This document shows, piece by piece, positions 32,771 to 42,619 of a DNA stretch of 64,000 bases. This stretch comes from Diplonema japonicum (Eukaryota; Protista; Euglenozoa: Diplonemea), in the NCBI GenBank assembly GCA_964019335.1, contig OZ025662.1, positions 62,001-126,000 of the forward strand, read 5' to 3'. The notes beneath the pieces were generated by a model. That model saw nothing but the letters and a program-made list of their open reading frames with translations, was not told where the DNA came from and ran no database searches. Position 1 is the stretch's first letter. Each line of letters opens with the position of its first letter. The position numbers and the translations under genes were made by a program.

Positions 32771-35700
32771 TTACAGGCTGGTAACAACAGGGATAGGGTT
32801 GATGCTAATCCGTTGGGATGAGCGTGACGATGGCCGCGAAGACGGAGGACGTGAAGACTCGCTGGCTGTGTTGGGGCCCAGCTCGACAGAGACAGAGTGC
32901 CCTGTGTGGGGAGGGATGTCTTCTTCAGACAACACAGTGCCGCACTCCTGCAGCCCGAGGGGAAGACAGGGGAGTGTAAAGGGGAGGTCAAGCCTCCAAC
33001 GACGGTGCGGGTGTTGCAGGATATGGTCCTTTATGTGCTCCACAACCTTTTTGACAGTGACGTCATCATCTGCCTCCTCGCGCAGCCACATCAGGTCGTC
33101 GGTATCGCCGTAGATAGCTCCGAAGAACTTGTTGCGGTACTCCTTCCCCTCATCCGAGCAGGTGCTGGCAAGGTCGTTCGCCACGTCAGATGCCATGGTC
33201 TCCCACTTATCCGTGCGCAGTGTCTTGAAGAGGGGCTCCATGAGGACCTCTTCCACAACAACGGGCGGGGCACCCTCCGCACCCCACACGTCGACAGGGC
33301 GGAGAAGGGCCTCTATGGTAGTGGGGACTCTGTTGCGCATGATCGACAGCATGGGCACATCCCACACCTTCACAGCATGGTGCACCAGTGTCTTGGCGAG
33401 AAGAGCTGTGGTCCCCAGGACCGTGTTGAACCTTCGTACACTGGTGCCCACGTTCCCGTGAACCACCTGCCCTACACTTAAGCCTATCGTAACGTTCTTC
33501 TGCCCCGCCCGAGTCAGCAGCATTGCACAGTAACGCAGTGCTTTAAGTGTAACTAGTGAGCAGGACTGTCCTACGCCCCACGTGATAGTGCTTTCGGCAC
33601 CTGACAAACTAACAAGAGTACCTCCCGTAAGAATGGCAGCCTCGCTCACAACAGTCAGCACTGATTGCAGAACGGCGAACATTCTGGCTGTGTCTGTGAT
33701 GCCTACGAGTGTCCCGTCTGCCGACACTTCGGCAATGGCAGCGTTGGAGGCTGTTTTGAGCTTCATGTTCAGGAGGTTCTGTGTGGAGCCCCCCACGACA
33801 GTGTTGATCCAAGATGAGTCTGTCTGTGAATCAGCAGAACCAGTCATATCTCCTTTGTCTGGGGAAAGCACAAGAGGGTTGCCCTTGGTGATCACCTTAA
33901 GGTACACCACCTCACGCCGCTTAAGTTTCTCGGATAAGATATAGAACAGCTCTGTCCTGCGCGGTGCGGCAATACTCGTGAGATGTTTCACCATGATACC
34001 CTGCTTCGCAATCTCATCCAAGTTGTCAATCACTTGCTGTGTTGCAACAACCATCCCAGGCAATGCCTGGCTCCAAGCCTTGGCGGCTACTTCCACTGTC
34101 TCGCCCAAGTAGTCTATCTTCTCCGTGAGAGGGTTGGGTTGTGTGATGACCTGCCCGCAATGAATGCCCATCCGTACAGTAAGGCCACCCATCAGCTCCT
34201 GCTCTTCGGTGCGTGGTTGCTGAGTCTGAAGCCATGTCTGCTGCAAGAGCTCCTCTTGCACTTGTAAGCAGAAGGAACACGCATCAGTGACCTTCTGGAA
34301 GGCGATCATGAAGGCATCGCCCATCTGCTTCACCTCATAGCCGCTGTGCGCCTGCATCAGCTTCTTCATCAGCTGGTTGTGTATCTCCACCGCGTCTTGG
34401 ATCCCGTCCCACGATGCCTCCCATAGTGAGACAGAGTTCGAAATGTCGGTAAAGACAATGCAACAGTCATCGACAGGCGGGGCAGTTTCGTTGCTGTTGT
34501 TGTCGACGTCTGTCTTGAAGAGCACCGGCGGCAGGTAGGTGCGGTACTCGTACAACGTGTCCAAGGCTTGCAGGACAGAGCAGAACAGCCCTCGGACTTC
34601 TCGCAACGCGAACCTGTTGGTCTCCATCTGAAAGTGTGCACGTGCTTCCTCAAGCTGGAGGTTTCCAACATGAGCCATGAGCTCCGTCCCCCTTGCCAGG
34701 GGACGGGCGATCAAAGACACCTCCACAATTGCAAGTAGCAGATCCACTACGAACACCCCTGCAGAGAAAACCAACAAGATAGTGAGCGCCCGCTCCACCT
34801 GCCCCGACACGGAGGACACATCACGGATCCATAGGATCTTCGCAGAGAATTGGACTTGTCCTTTATGCACCTCTTCAAACAAGTGGAGCTTTCTGAGGAA
34901 CACTTGGTTTCCCCCTGCGGCCGCTTTCCTGAATCCGCCCACCTCGTTCTTCATGATGCTGTGTGCGTCGTTGACCACCTGTGTGGTATTCTGGTTGATG
35001 AAGATCTTGCACTCCTGAAACTTGTTGCCTTCAACCTCTCTGTTGTCACCGCAGTTGTCAGCCACCATGGAGTGGTTCAACTCTGAGCTGGCGTAGACCC
35101 AGAGCGTGTCCTCATCGTAGACCACGACGGTGGTCTGGGGGTGCGTGCCTGCATACTCCGCAACAACATCTTCGAACCTATTGAGGATGAGGAAGGCATG
35201 CAGCATGACGCGTCTGAAGCCGCTCCATGGGTGCGGGGGCAGCGGGGGCGGCCATGAGGTGTCGAATGCCATGAAGACGTATGCGCTGTTGTCGTTGGAC
35301 AGCCACACCTGAGGTGCACGCCATCGCGTGACGGTGACCGACTGATCCCCTTCTTGCGGGGTGGTCCACTCCCATTTGTTGTAAGTACTGCAGTCGAAGT
35401 CGTAGAGCTTGCCAGGCTTTGTTGGGTCAGTCCCTGCCGATGTGTTGACTCTGCCTGTTTCGGTAGCGAGCGAGAAAGTGTCGGCTTGCGTGGTGTCGTG
35501 AGTAGCATTGAAGTTGTCTGTCATGTAGCTGCCATACTTGGCGTGGACGTACTCGCGGGCCCCGTGGCGCAGCACGTCGTACCACACGTGGGAGTAGAAG
35601 AGGCCTGCGGCGTTGGGGCCGTGCACGGGGAGCACCACGCCTATCTCCTGAGTGATGTTGGACATCATGGCGAACTCGAACCACTTGGTGTACTCGTGCC

Positions 35701-36013
35701 ACTCCTGTTGGCACTCGTCCATGTTCGCTGCACAGTAGCTGGTGTTCCCGAAGACGTTTTCGTGAACGAAGAGCTTCTGCATCTGCTGTGTGAGCTGCAT
35801 GGGGATCGTGAAGGACTGGTTCAGCTGCGTTGCGATCAGCGCCGTCTCCGCTGCACTCACCTCACTCACCGTCTCATGCAGTGCGTCTAGCGACTCGAAA
35901 TACATAATAAGCCCGCCCAGCAGCGAGGCCCCCACTGAGAGCACCATCGTGCATGCTACTACACTTGAAATAGAGATGCATGTTTTTGATTTCGGCGGCT
36001 CCACCGCCTGCAT
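32771..36013 (-). CDS. Receptor-type class III adenylate cyclase-like protein (2 TM, extracellular domain, cyclase domain plus degenerate second domain)
   Basis: IVFTDISNSVSLWE, GYEVKQMGDAFMIAF, VRMGIHCG, DYLGETV; second domain IGLSVGQVVHGNVGT. Confidence 0.9.
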   Translation of the reverse strand: MQAVEPPKSKTCISISSVVACTMVLSVGASLLGGLIMYFESLDALHETVSEVSAAETALIATQLNQSFTIPMQLTQQMQKLFVHENVFGNTSYCAANMDECQQEWHEYTKWFEFAMMSNITQEIGVVLPVHGPNAAGLFYSHVWYDVLRHGAREYVHAKYGSYMTDNFNATHDTTQADTFSLATETGRVNTSAGTDPTKPGKLYDFDCSTYNKWEWTTPQEGDQSVTVTRWRAPQVWLSNDNSAYVFMAFDTSWPPPLPPHPWSGFRRVMLHAFLILNRFEDVVAEYAGTHPQTTVVVYDEDTLWVYASSELNHSMVADNCGDNREVEGNKFQECKIFINQNTTQVVNDAHSIMKNEVGGFRKAAAGGNQVFLRKLHLFEEVHKGQVQFSAKILWIRDVSSVSGQVERALTILLVFSAGVFVVDLLLAIVEVSLIARPLARGTELMAHVGNLQLEEARAHFQMETNRFALREVRGLFCSVLQALDTLYEYRTYLPPVLFKTDVDNNSNETAPPVDDCCIVFTDISNSVSLWEASWDGIQDAVEIHNQLMKKLMQAHSGYEVKQMGDAFMIAFQKVTDACSFCLQVQEELLQQTWLQTQQPRTEEQELMGGLTVRMGIHCGQVITQPNPLTEKIDYLGETVEVAAKAWSQALPGMVVATQQVIDNLDEIAKQGIMVKHLTSIAAPRRTELFYILSEKLKRREVVYLKVITKGNPLVLSPDKGDMTGSADSQTDSSWINTVVGGSTQNLLNMKLKTASNAAIAEVSADGTLVGITDTARMFAVLQSVLTVVSEAAILTGGTLVSLSGAESTITWGVGQSCSLVTLKALRYCAMLLTRAGQKNVTIGLSVGQVVHGNVGTSVRRFNTVLGTTALLAKTLVHHAVKVWDVPMLSIMRNRVPTTIEALLRPVDVWGAEGAPPVVVEEVLMEPLFKTLRTDKWETMASDVANDLASTCSDEGKEYRNKFFGAIYGDTDDLMWLREEADDDVTVKKVVEHIKDHILQHPHRRWRLDLPFTLPCLPLGLQECGTVLSEEDIPPHTGHSVSVELGPNTASESSRPPSSRPSSRSSQRISINPIPVVTSL

Positions 36014-36049
36014 AGCGCCCCGCCTGGTAATTGGTGTGTGATGGCTGTC

Positions 36050-36237
36050 ATCCGAAAGAAGACAAAAAAAAGAATAAATAATAATAAGGGGTGTGTGAAA
36101 AGGGAAGACTAGTGATAATAAAAAAACACAAACATAAGGGGAGCAAAAGAAGAAGAAAAGGAGGAAAACAGAAGGGGGGGGGGGGGGAAGAATAAGGAAA
36201 ACCTATCAGGTGGTCAGAATTGAGAAACAGAGTTTCG

Positions 36238-36269
<32 letters not shown>

Positions 36270-37440
36270 CTTATTTTTCGTTTCTTCCTTGTTTTTTCTT
36301 CTTCTTTCTTCCTTTGTTGTTTCCAAAAGAGAGAAAGGAACAAAAAAGAAGAAGAAAACGAGAAAGAAGAAAAGAAAGAAGTAAAGGAAGAAAAAAAAAA
36401 AAAAAAAAAAAAAAAACTACAGGGAAGAGAAAGGAGGACCAGTTCTGGACGTGAAAAGGAAGAAAATAGAAGAGAATAAAAGAAAGAAATAAAAAGAGAA
36501 CTAAACAGTTTTTTTTTTCTCTCCTTTTCTTTCTTTATTTCATACTTATATCCTTTTCCAGTTCATCATAAAAAAAAAGGAGGGGGGAGAAAAAGAAACA
36601 AGAAAGAACGAGGGGGGAAAAAAAAAAGGACGGGGGAAAGGGAAATCTTTTTTCCCTAATTCCTTTGGTCGTCCTCTCATTCTTTCTGAATCTTTCACAA
36701 GGACCTCCTTTTTCTCAGGTGTTGCTACTTAAAATTCCAAGCTCTTAGCTCTCATAGGCCATACCATTGAAAAACCCTATTCTGGAGATGGAGAGGAGGG
36801 AGAGAGAGAGAGAGAAAAGGTGAAAGAGGGGGGAAAATGTGAGTATATTTTTTTTCTTTTTTTTTTTTCATTCCAAAAATAAAGAGTGGTACGATATTAT
36901 TGCACAAAAGAGATAAAGGAGGCCAGTGCTAGTGGCGCCCTGCTGCTAAAAAGAAAATATAGAAGAGAGGAAGAGAGGAGGTAAAGATTTATTAATTTAT
37001 AAATAACATCCAACCTCCTCCCACCCCCTTTTTTTTTGGCGTGTTTCTTTTCCATTTTTTTTTTTGACCATTAAGTGTACAGTCAAAAACTCGAAAAAAA
37101 TAAGGGGGTGCTCGTTTTAACGACCTGTATACAGTGAAGCCCTTTCAGGATTCTTGATGGAACGAGGGAAGGGGAAAAAAAAAAGAAAAGGAAGAAGAGA
37201 AAAAAAAAATCATAACTAAAACAAGCTAATCGTACAAGGCGCACTGCCCAGTATTCAGTAGTAATAAAAGGAAAACGGGGCCTGAGCGGAGTGGAGGGGG
37301 GAAAAGGGAAGAAGAGACTGACAACAACAGCATGAATGTGGACAAGGAGTGGGGGGGGGGGGGGGGGGGGGAAGGTTCCCTTTTACAAACAAAAAGCAGT
37401 GTTTTTTTTTTCACGGCTGGTTTTTTTTTGCGATTTTCGG

Positions 37441-37473
<33 letters not shown>

Positions 37474-37610
37474 ACGCAACTGGAGCAGACGGCACTACGG
37501 GAACACCAGGCCCTCCACCTGCCCTCAGAAAGCACTCCTCCGCAAGGAGCCTCGTAAGAGGAAGGCTGCACCAACGGGCTGGTGGCACTATGCGTCAGGG
37601 TGGGCTGCGT

Positions 37611-37659
<49 letters not shown>

Positions 37660-38870
37660 GGGGCTAAAAAAAAAAAGCTGCCGTCCCGTTGAAAACAGCC
37701 GGAAAAACGCTGAAAAGGAAGGGGGAAGAAGAAAAAAGAAAACGAAAAACGAAAAAAAGAAAATGAGTTAGCCGGTTGCAATGGGTATGTGACAGAAAGG
37801 ACTGGAGAGAGTGAATAAAAAAGGGGGGTAACTATTCGATGGGTTTATAGCTGGGCATATATTTATTTTAATAAGCCAACTGCGCCAAAGGAATAGTTAG
37901 TACTGACAAAAAAAAGGGGGGGGGCAGTAAAGGGGTTAAAAAAAGAAGATGATTTCTTTTTTTATGAAAAAAAAAGGCCAGACAAGGTATTGTCACCTCA
38001 AATGGCTTATGTGTATGGGAAAAGGAGGGGGGAACTAAAAAAACAAATTCACCGACAGTACCCCTTCCTTGAAATAAAAAATCTAAATAAAAAGCAGAAA
38101 CGGGGGGGGGGGGGGCTTAACCATATTTGTTCTAGTATTTTTTTTATAGATATTAAATGTTTGTCCCCCCGGTGGTGGGGGGGGTGGTATATTAACTCGC
38201 AGATTTCTTTTCTTTCCCCAAAAGAAAAATAAATGTTTGTTTACAGGTTTTTGATTCACAGAAAACCATAAGAAAAAAAATAAGAAAGTATGCTTTTGGG
38301 ATGAAGCCTTTTCTCAATATCTGGCACGTGAAAAACAATTTCCCGATTTTAAGGAATTTTTCATAGATGGAAGGAGAAAAAGCTCTCCCCTTTTTTTTTT
38401 ATCTACTTTCTTATTCTTATTCTTCATTATTTTTTTTCAGGGGATAAAAAAAATAAAAAATAAAAAAAAAACACTTTAGTAGTTTAAACCCTATTTAGTA
38501 CATCCCTTTCGTAGGGGGGGGGGGGTTCCCTCCGCTTTACTTTGTAAGGGAAAAAAAGAAGACACTGCCCCCGGGGGGTTGGGCAACCATCTTTAATCTC
38601 CCTTTTTCTTTCTTTCTTTTTTTTTTTTCTTTACGTTTTCGCGTTTCTTTAATTTATAAAGTTTCCCTTCGTTCTTTTTTTTTTTTCTTTCTTTCTTCCA
38701 GTGCTGTTGTTGTCATTTTTTTTTAAACGGAGTAAGAGGAATGAAACAGAAACAACTATTTCTGAAGGGAGGCTTTTTTTTTTTTTTTTCTTTTTTTTTT
38801 TAAGGGATAGAATAAAGGCAATAATACAAGACGAACCGTAAGAAGGAACTAAGCAAGGCCAAGGAGGTGA
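36050..38870. repeat. AT-rich low-complexity intergenic region with poly(A), poly(T) and poly(G) tracts
   Basis: Numerous homopolymer runs; only poly-K/F artefact ORFs. Confidence 0.85.
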
Positions 38871-39203
38871 TCACGCACGGCGCATAGGAAGAGGCCGGCT
38901 GCTTCTGCCATGGTGGATGGCATGGTGTCGGAAAGGGACGAAACAGGGGTCGTTGAGCTTATTCTCCTTTACAACATGGGTATCCTCTTCAGGCATCCCC
39001 TTTGCCCACAGGTTTGTCAGCTCCGCAAAGCAGAACACCGTAAAGACGACTGTCGCTACCACAACAAGTGTCATGCACATCGATGCAAAATCCTGGTACT
39101 TCCTATCCACACTCCCGTAGGTGTCCATGAACACGCTCTCCTCGAACGTCGTCTCCATGAACGACAGCAACGTGCTGGTGTTACACTGTGTCAGTTTAAG
39201 CAT
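38871..39203 (-). CDS. Small hypothetical single-TM protein
   Basis: 110-aa ORF with one hydrophobic helix, a GC-balanced island in AT-rich DNA, CAG acceptor at 39230-39232. Confidence 0.65.
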   Translation of the reverse strand: MLKLTQCNTSTLLSFMETTFEESVFMDTYGSVDRKYQDFASMCMTLVVVATVVFTVFCFAELTNLWAKGMPEEDTHVVKENKLNDPCFVPFRHHAIHHGRSSRPLPMRRA

Positions 39204-39352
39204 TTTTTTTTTTTTTTTTTTTTTTTTTCCTGTTGTGCATACAAAGAAGAAGAAACAGAGTATTAAGAAGAAGAAAAGGAGGGTGGGTGGGAAGTCTAAG
39301 TTTACAACACAAAAAAAAAGAAGAAAAAAGAAGAAAAAAAAACTACAGATGT

Positions 39353-41527
39353 TTAAGTCTCTGAGGACTCGACCAACTCTTCCTCTTCCGGCTGGTCGCT
39401 TTGGGGCGCTTCGGCTGCCTGTGCAGGTGCGGGCACTGGAATAGGTGTCCCCATTGTCTGGGTGTAAGGAGGAGTGGGTGTGGCAGGGTGCCTGTAGGGA
39501 GAATGTGAGGGGACACGCGGCCCACTGAAGGTCGCTTCGACAAGCTTTATTTTGCTCTGCTGAAGCTCGACTTGCTGCTGGACGTGCTTGGCACGCAGGT
39601 CCTCAAGGTGCACGTCCTTCATAATGAGGTCTGCCCTCAAGCGTTCGGACTCGTTGCCGACCCTCTTTGCTTGGTTCTCTGCTGTTGCCAAGCTATTTTT
39701 CAGATAATCGTTCTTTCTAAGGGCTTGTGTGTGCTGCACTGCCAGATGTTCAGCTTCAGTTGCTGCTTCTGCTAGCTTTCCTTGCAGCAGCCCTACCTGT
39801 GCGGTGTAGCCATCAAGCTGCTTTCTGAGATGCCCTTCCCTCTCGGTGCTCGTTGCAAGAAGCCTCTCCTGCTGGTGTATCTTGGAATCGTCCTCACGCA
39901 CCCTGACTTCCAGCTTCTGCATCTGCTCTTCCAAGAAGGCTACGTTGCGCGTCGTCAGCTGTTTGTCATACACCGCGTTCTGCACCTCTTGTTTCAGGTT
40001 GGTGATGAGTGCAGTCTTGGCGTTCACTTCCTTCGTCTTTTCCAGCAGTTTGCCATCGTACTCCGCCTGCACGGCCTCGAGGAAGGCATCGGTGTCCTGG
40101 CACTTCAACTCCAGGGTTTGTATTTCACCCCTCAGTGCCAAGATCATACTGTTGTCATTCTGTTTTTCTGTCTGCTTCTGGTTATGCAGCTTCAGCAGCC
40201 TCTCCTCAAAGTCGGCTTGCAGTTTTGCCGTTTCCGTCTCGTACTTGTGAGCAGCGGTCGCCATCTCGTGTCGCAAACCGTTGTTCTCGTCTTCGTACAA
40301 GTTGTACCTGTTTCTTGCTTCTTCTTTCTGAGCGGCAAGCTTCAGCTCCATGTCCATGGTCAGGCTCCCTATTTCTGCTTTGTAATCATTCGTTGCCTGT
40401 TGTAGCAGCAGGCTATCATTCTCCTTCTGCGCAACAAGGTCTTGTGACAGCTCTGCGTTGTGCTGTGTGAGGGTCTCTATCTCCATGTGTAGGGCATTGA
40501 TCCTTTCCTCGTACGCAGCGCGCTCCATGTCCGTTTTGGAAAGCTCGGTCCGAAGCGACGTCACCATTGACTGCAGCAAAGTGGACTGGTCGACTGCGGC
40601 GGTGTACTCTGTGGATGTGACAATCTGGTTCCGTTTGATATCCTCTGCTTCCTGTATGGCTTCTTGCGTGTGCTGCATCCTGGCCCGTAACTCGCTCTTC
40701 ACTTCTTGCAGCTCTTTTTCCAACACTGCTGTGCGCATCTCTGCCCTTTCTGTGGCACCCGAGAGCACGCCAGAGTGCTCGATTGAGTGTTCGTAGGCAG
40801 ACATCCTCAATTCAAGGGTCTCTCGTTCCTTTTTCGACTTGTTGTCTGCCTGCTCCAAGTGTACCTTCCACGAAGCTACGGTCTCGAGCCACTTGCTTCT
40901 GTCCTGTTCTCTCAGCTGTTCTAGAGTACTGATCCTTTCGTGTGCTTCTTTCAGCTTGCCGACCATGAGACTGTTAGTTTTCTGCGAGGACTCCAAACTG
41001 TTCCGTGTCATGGACAGCTTCTCGTTCGCAACGTTCAGTTCCGAGCCAAGTTCACGCATCAGCTCGTGTCCTCCAGTGGAGCGTGCGGCAGACGACACCG
41101 ACCTGGCAGTGGACTTCGTGGTCAGGGGCTGCCTCTGGTACAGTCTGGAGTTTGGGATCTGCTCAGCAGGCTTCTTCTTGCGTATCTTTGTAGATGGTGT
41201 GGAGGTGGACCTTGCTGAGGCTGCAGCGGTTGGGCGCTTGTCGCGTTGGATAACAGCCGGCGTCACCTGGGGGCCTGGGCCTGGGGGGGGCTGCGAGGGT
41301 ATCTCCATGTCCGTACCAGGTGGCTGCGGGAGGACCAAGGGCGCCAGTTCATTTGAGCTATAGACTACCACTGGGCTTGATCGGGGAGGGGACCCCTTTC
41401 GTTCTGGGCTGCATAGCCTTTCTGATACCACAGGTGGTGGTGCGTGGGGCGGCGAGACAGGTGTGTCCAGCCTGTTTATCTCATCTACTAGACCTTCACT
41501 TAGACCTTCAGCGAGCCCTTCAGCCAT
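39353..41527 (-). CDS. Coiled-coil protein with Pro-rich N-terminus
   Basis: About 725 aa from MAEGLAE with a long heptad region. Confidence 0.85.
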   Translation of the reverse strand: MAEGLAEGLSEGLVDEINRLDTPVSPPHAPPPVVSERLCSPERKGSPPRSSPVVVYSSNELAPLVLPQPPGTDMEIPSQPPPGPGPQVTPAVIQRDKRPTAAASARSTSTPSTKIRKKKPAEQIPNSRLYQRQPLTTKSTARSVSSAARSTGGHELMRELGSELNVANEKLSMTRNSLESSQKTNSLMVGKLKEAHERISTLEQLREQDRSKWLETVASWKVHLEQADNKSKKERETLELRMSAYEHSIEHSGVLSGATERAEMRTAVLEKELQEVKSELRARMQHTQEAIQEAEDIKRNQIVTSTEYTAAVDQSTLLQSMVTSLRTELSKTDMERAAYEERINALHMEIETLTQHNAELSQDLVAQKENDSLLLQQATNDYKAEIGSLTMDMELKLAAQKEEARNRYNLYEDENNGLRHEMATAAHKYETETAKLQADFEERLLKLHNQKQTEKQNDNSMILALRGEIQTLELKCQDTDAFLEAVQAEYDGKLLEKTKEVNAKTALITNLKQEVQNAVYDKQLTTRNVAFLEEQMQKLEVRVREDDSKIHQQERLLATSTEREGHLRKQLDGYTAQVGLLQGKLAEAATEAEHLAVQHTQALRKNDYLKNSLATAENQAKRVGNESERLRADLIMKDVHLEDLRAKHVQQQVELQQSKIKLVEATFSGPRVPSHSPYRHPATPTPPYTQTMGTPIPVPAPAQAAEAPQSDQPEEEELVESSET

Positions 41528-42619
41528 GTGCCTGTATGTGAGTGGCGTGGAAGGAGAAAATAAAACAATACAAAGACGGGCTGATGGCACCCGAGGATTA
41601 GCGGTGAACCTAAGAAAATAAGAAAAAAACAATAAAAAAAAGCTCAACAAAAGTCAGGTAAGGGCGAGGAACATAAAAAAGAAAAGGAGAAGAAAAGAAA
41701 GTGGCACTATAGGCAAGTTATTCTTTGTTTGTGCGGTATGTTACATGTTTACTCTAATAAAGAGATATATTTTGTAACACATAGCTGCCGCCATTCCTAC
41801 AATAACAAGTGTTTCTGCGCATCTTGAAAGGGAAAAGAAGAAGAAGGAAAAAGAATGGAAAGAATAACGAAAAAAGAAGGCATTTCTGCAGTGCAGGGCA
41901 CGAAACAAGTTATCCTGCAAACCGGAAGAAGAAGAAAAGGGAAGAAATAATACACGGGGGAAAAGGTGACAAAAAAAGGGGGGGGGGGGGTGCAAATACC
42001 TCCAATCTCATTTTTTTTCTAGAGACTTCCCCGCAAGCCCCCTTAGCTAAGACCGGATATCAATTTGCTCTACTGTTCTCTGCTATTTTGAGTCGGTGTC
42101 TGCCAATTTTTTTTTTCCTCTTTCCTACTAGCGTCCGTGTGAGGTCTTATGAGGAAAGAAAAAAAAAAGAAAGGTAGGGGGGATTGTCGTTAGTTCCTGA
42201 TTTCTGGCGTCTTTTTGCTTGTCACTGACTTTTTTTTTTTTGTTTTTTTGTAACAACAAAAAGAATTCGAGTAGAAACCAGGGGGACAGCAGCACGACGG
42301 AATGAGACAGGGGAGGGAAAAAAATAAGGAAGAAAGAAAAAAGTGATGGTCTCACTTTTTTTTTTTTTTAAAAAATTATTCCCCCTTACCCTGCCTTCTG
42401 TGGTGTCTTCACTAACGACGACGAATAAGCTGCATATTGGGAGAAAGGTTAGAACGAAAGGAAGAAGAAGGGAGGAAAGGGGTAACTAAGGGGATGCTGC
42501 AACCTGCAATGATGTTTTGACTGCAGAATGCCGTTGACGGGTTATCATTGCGATTGCGCTACTCCCAACCCTACCTATATTTATACAAAACCTTCTTAAG
42601 GAGTGCTTCGGCCAACAGA

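Noticed and set aside
36918-36935. GGAGGCCAGTGC(T)AGTGG shared with positions 1-17
   Set aside because: Only a 12-nt exact match at the window edge; too little to support a call.
36048-38232. Poly-Lys/Phe/Gly ORFs in intergenic DNA
   Set aside because: Artefacts of homopolymer runs.
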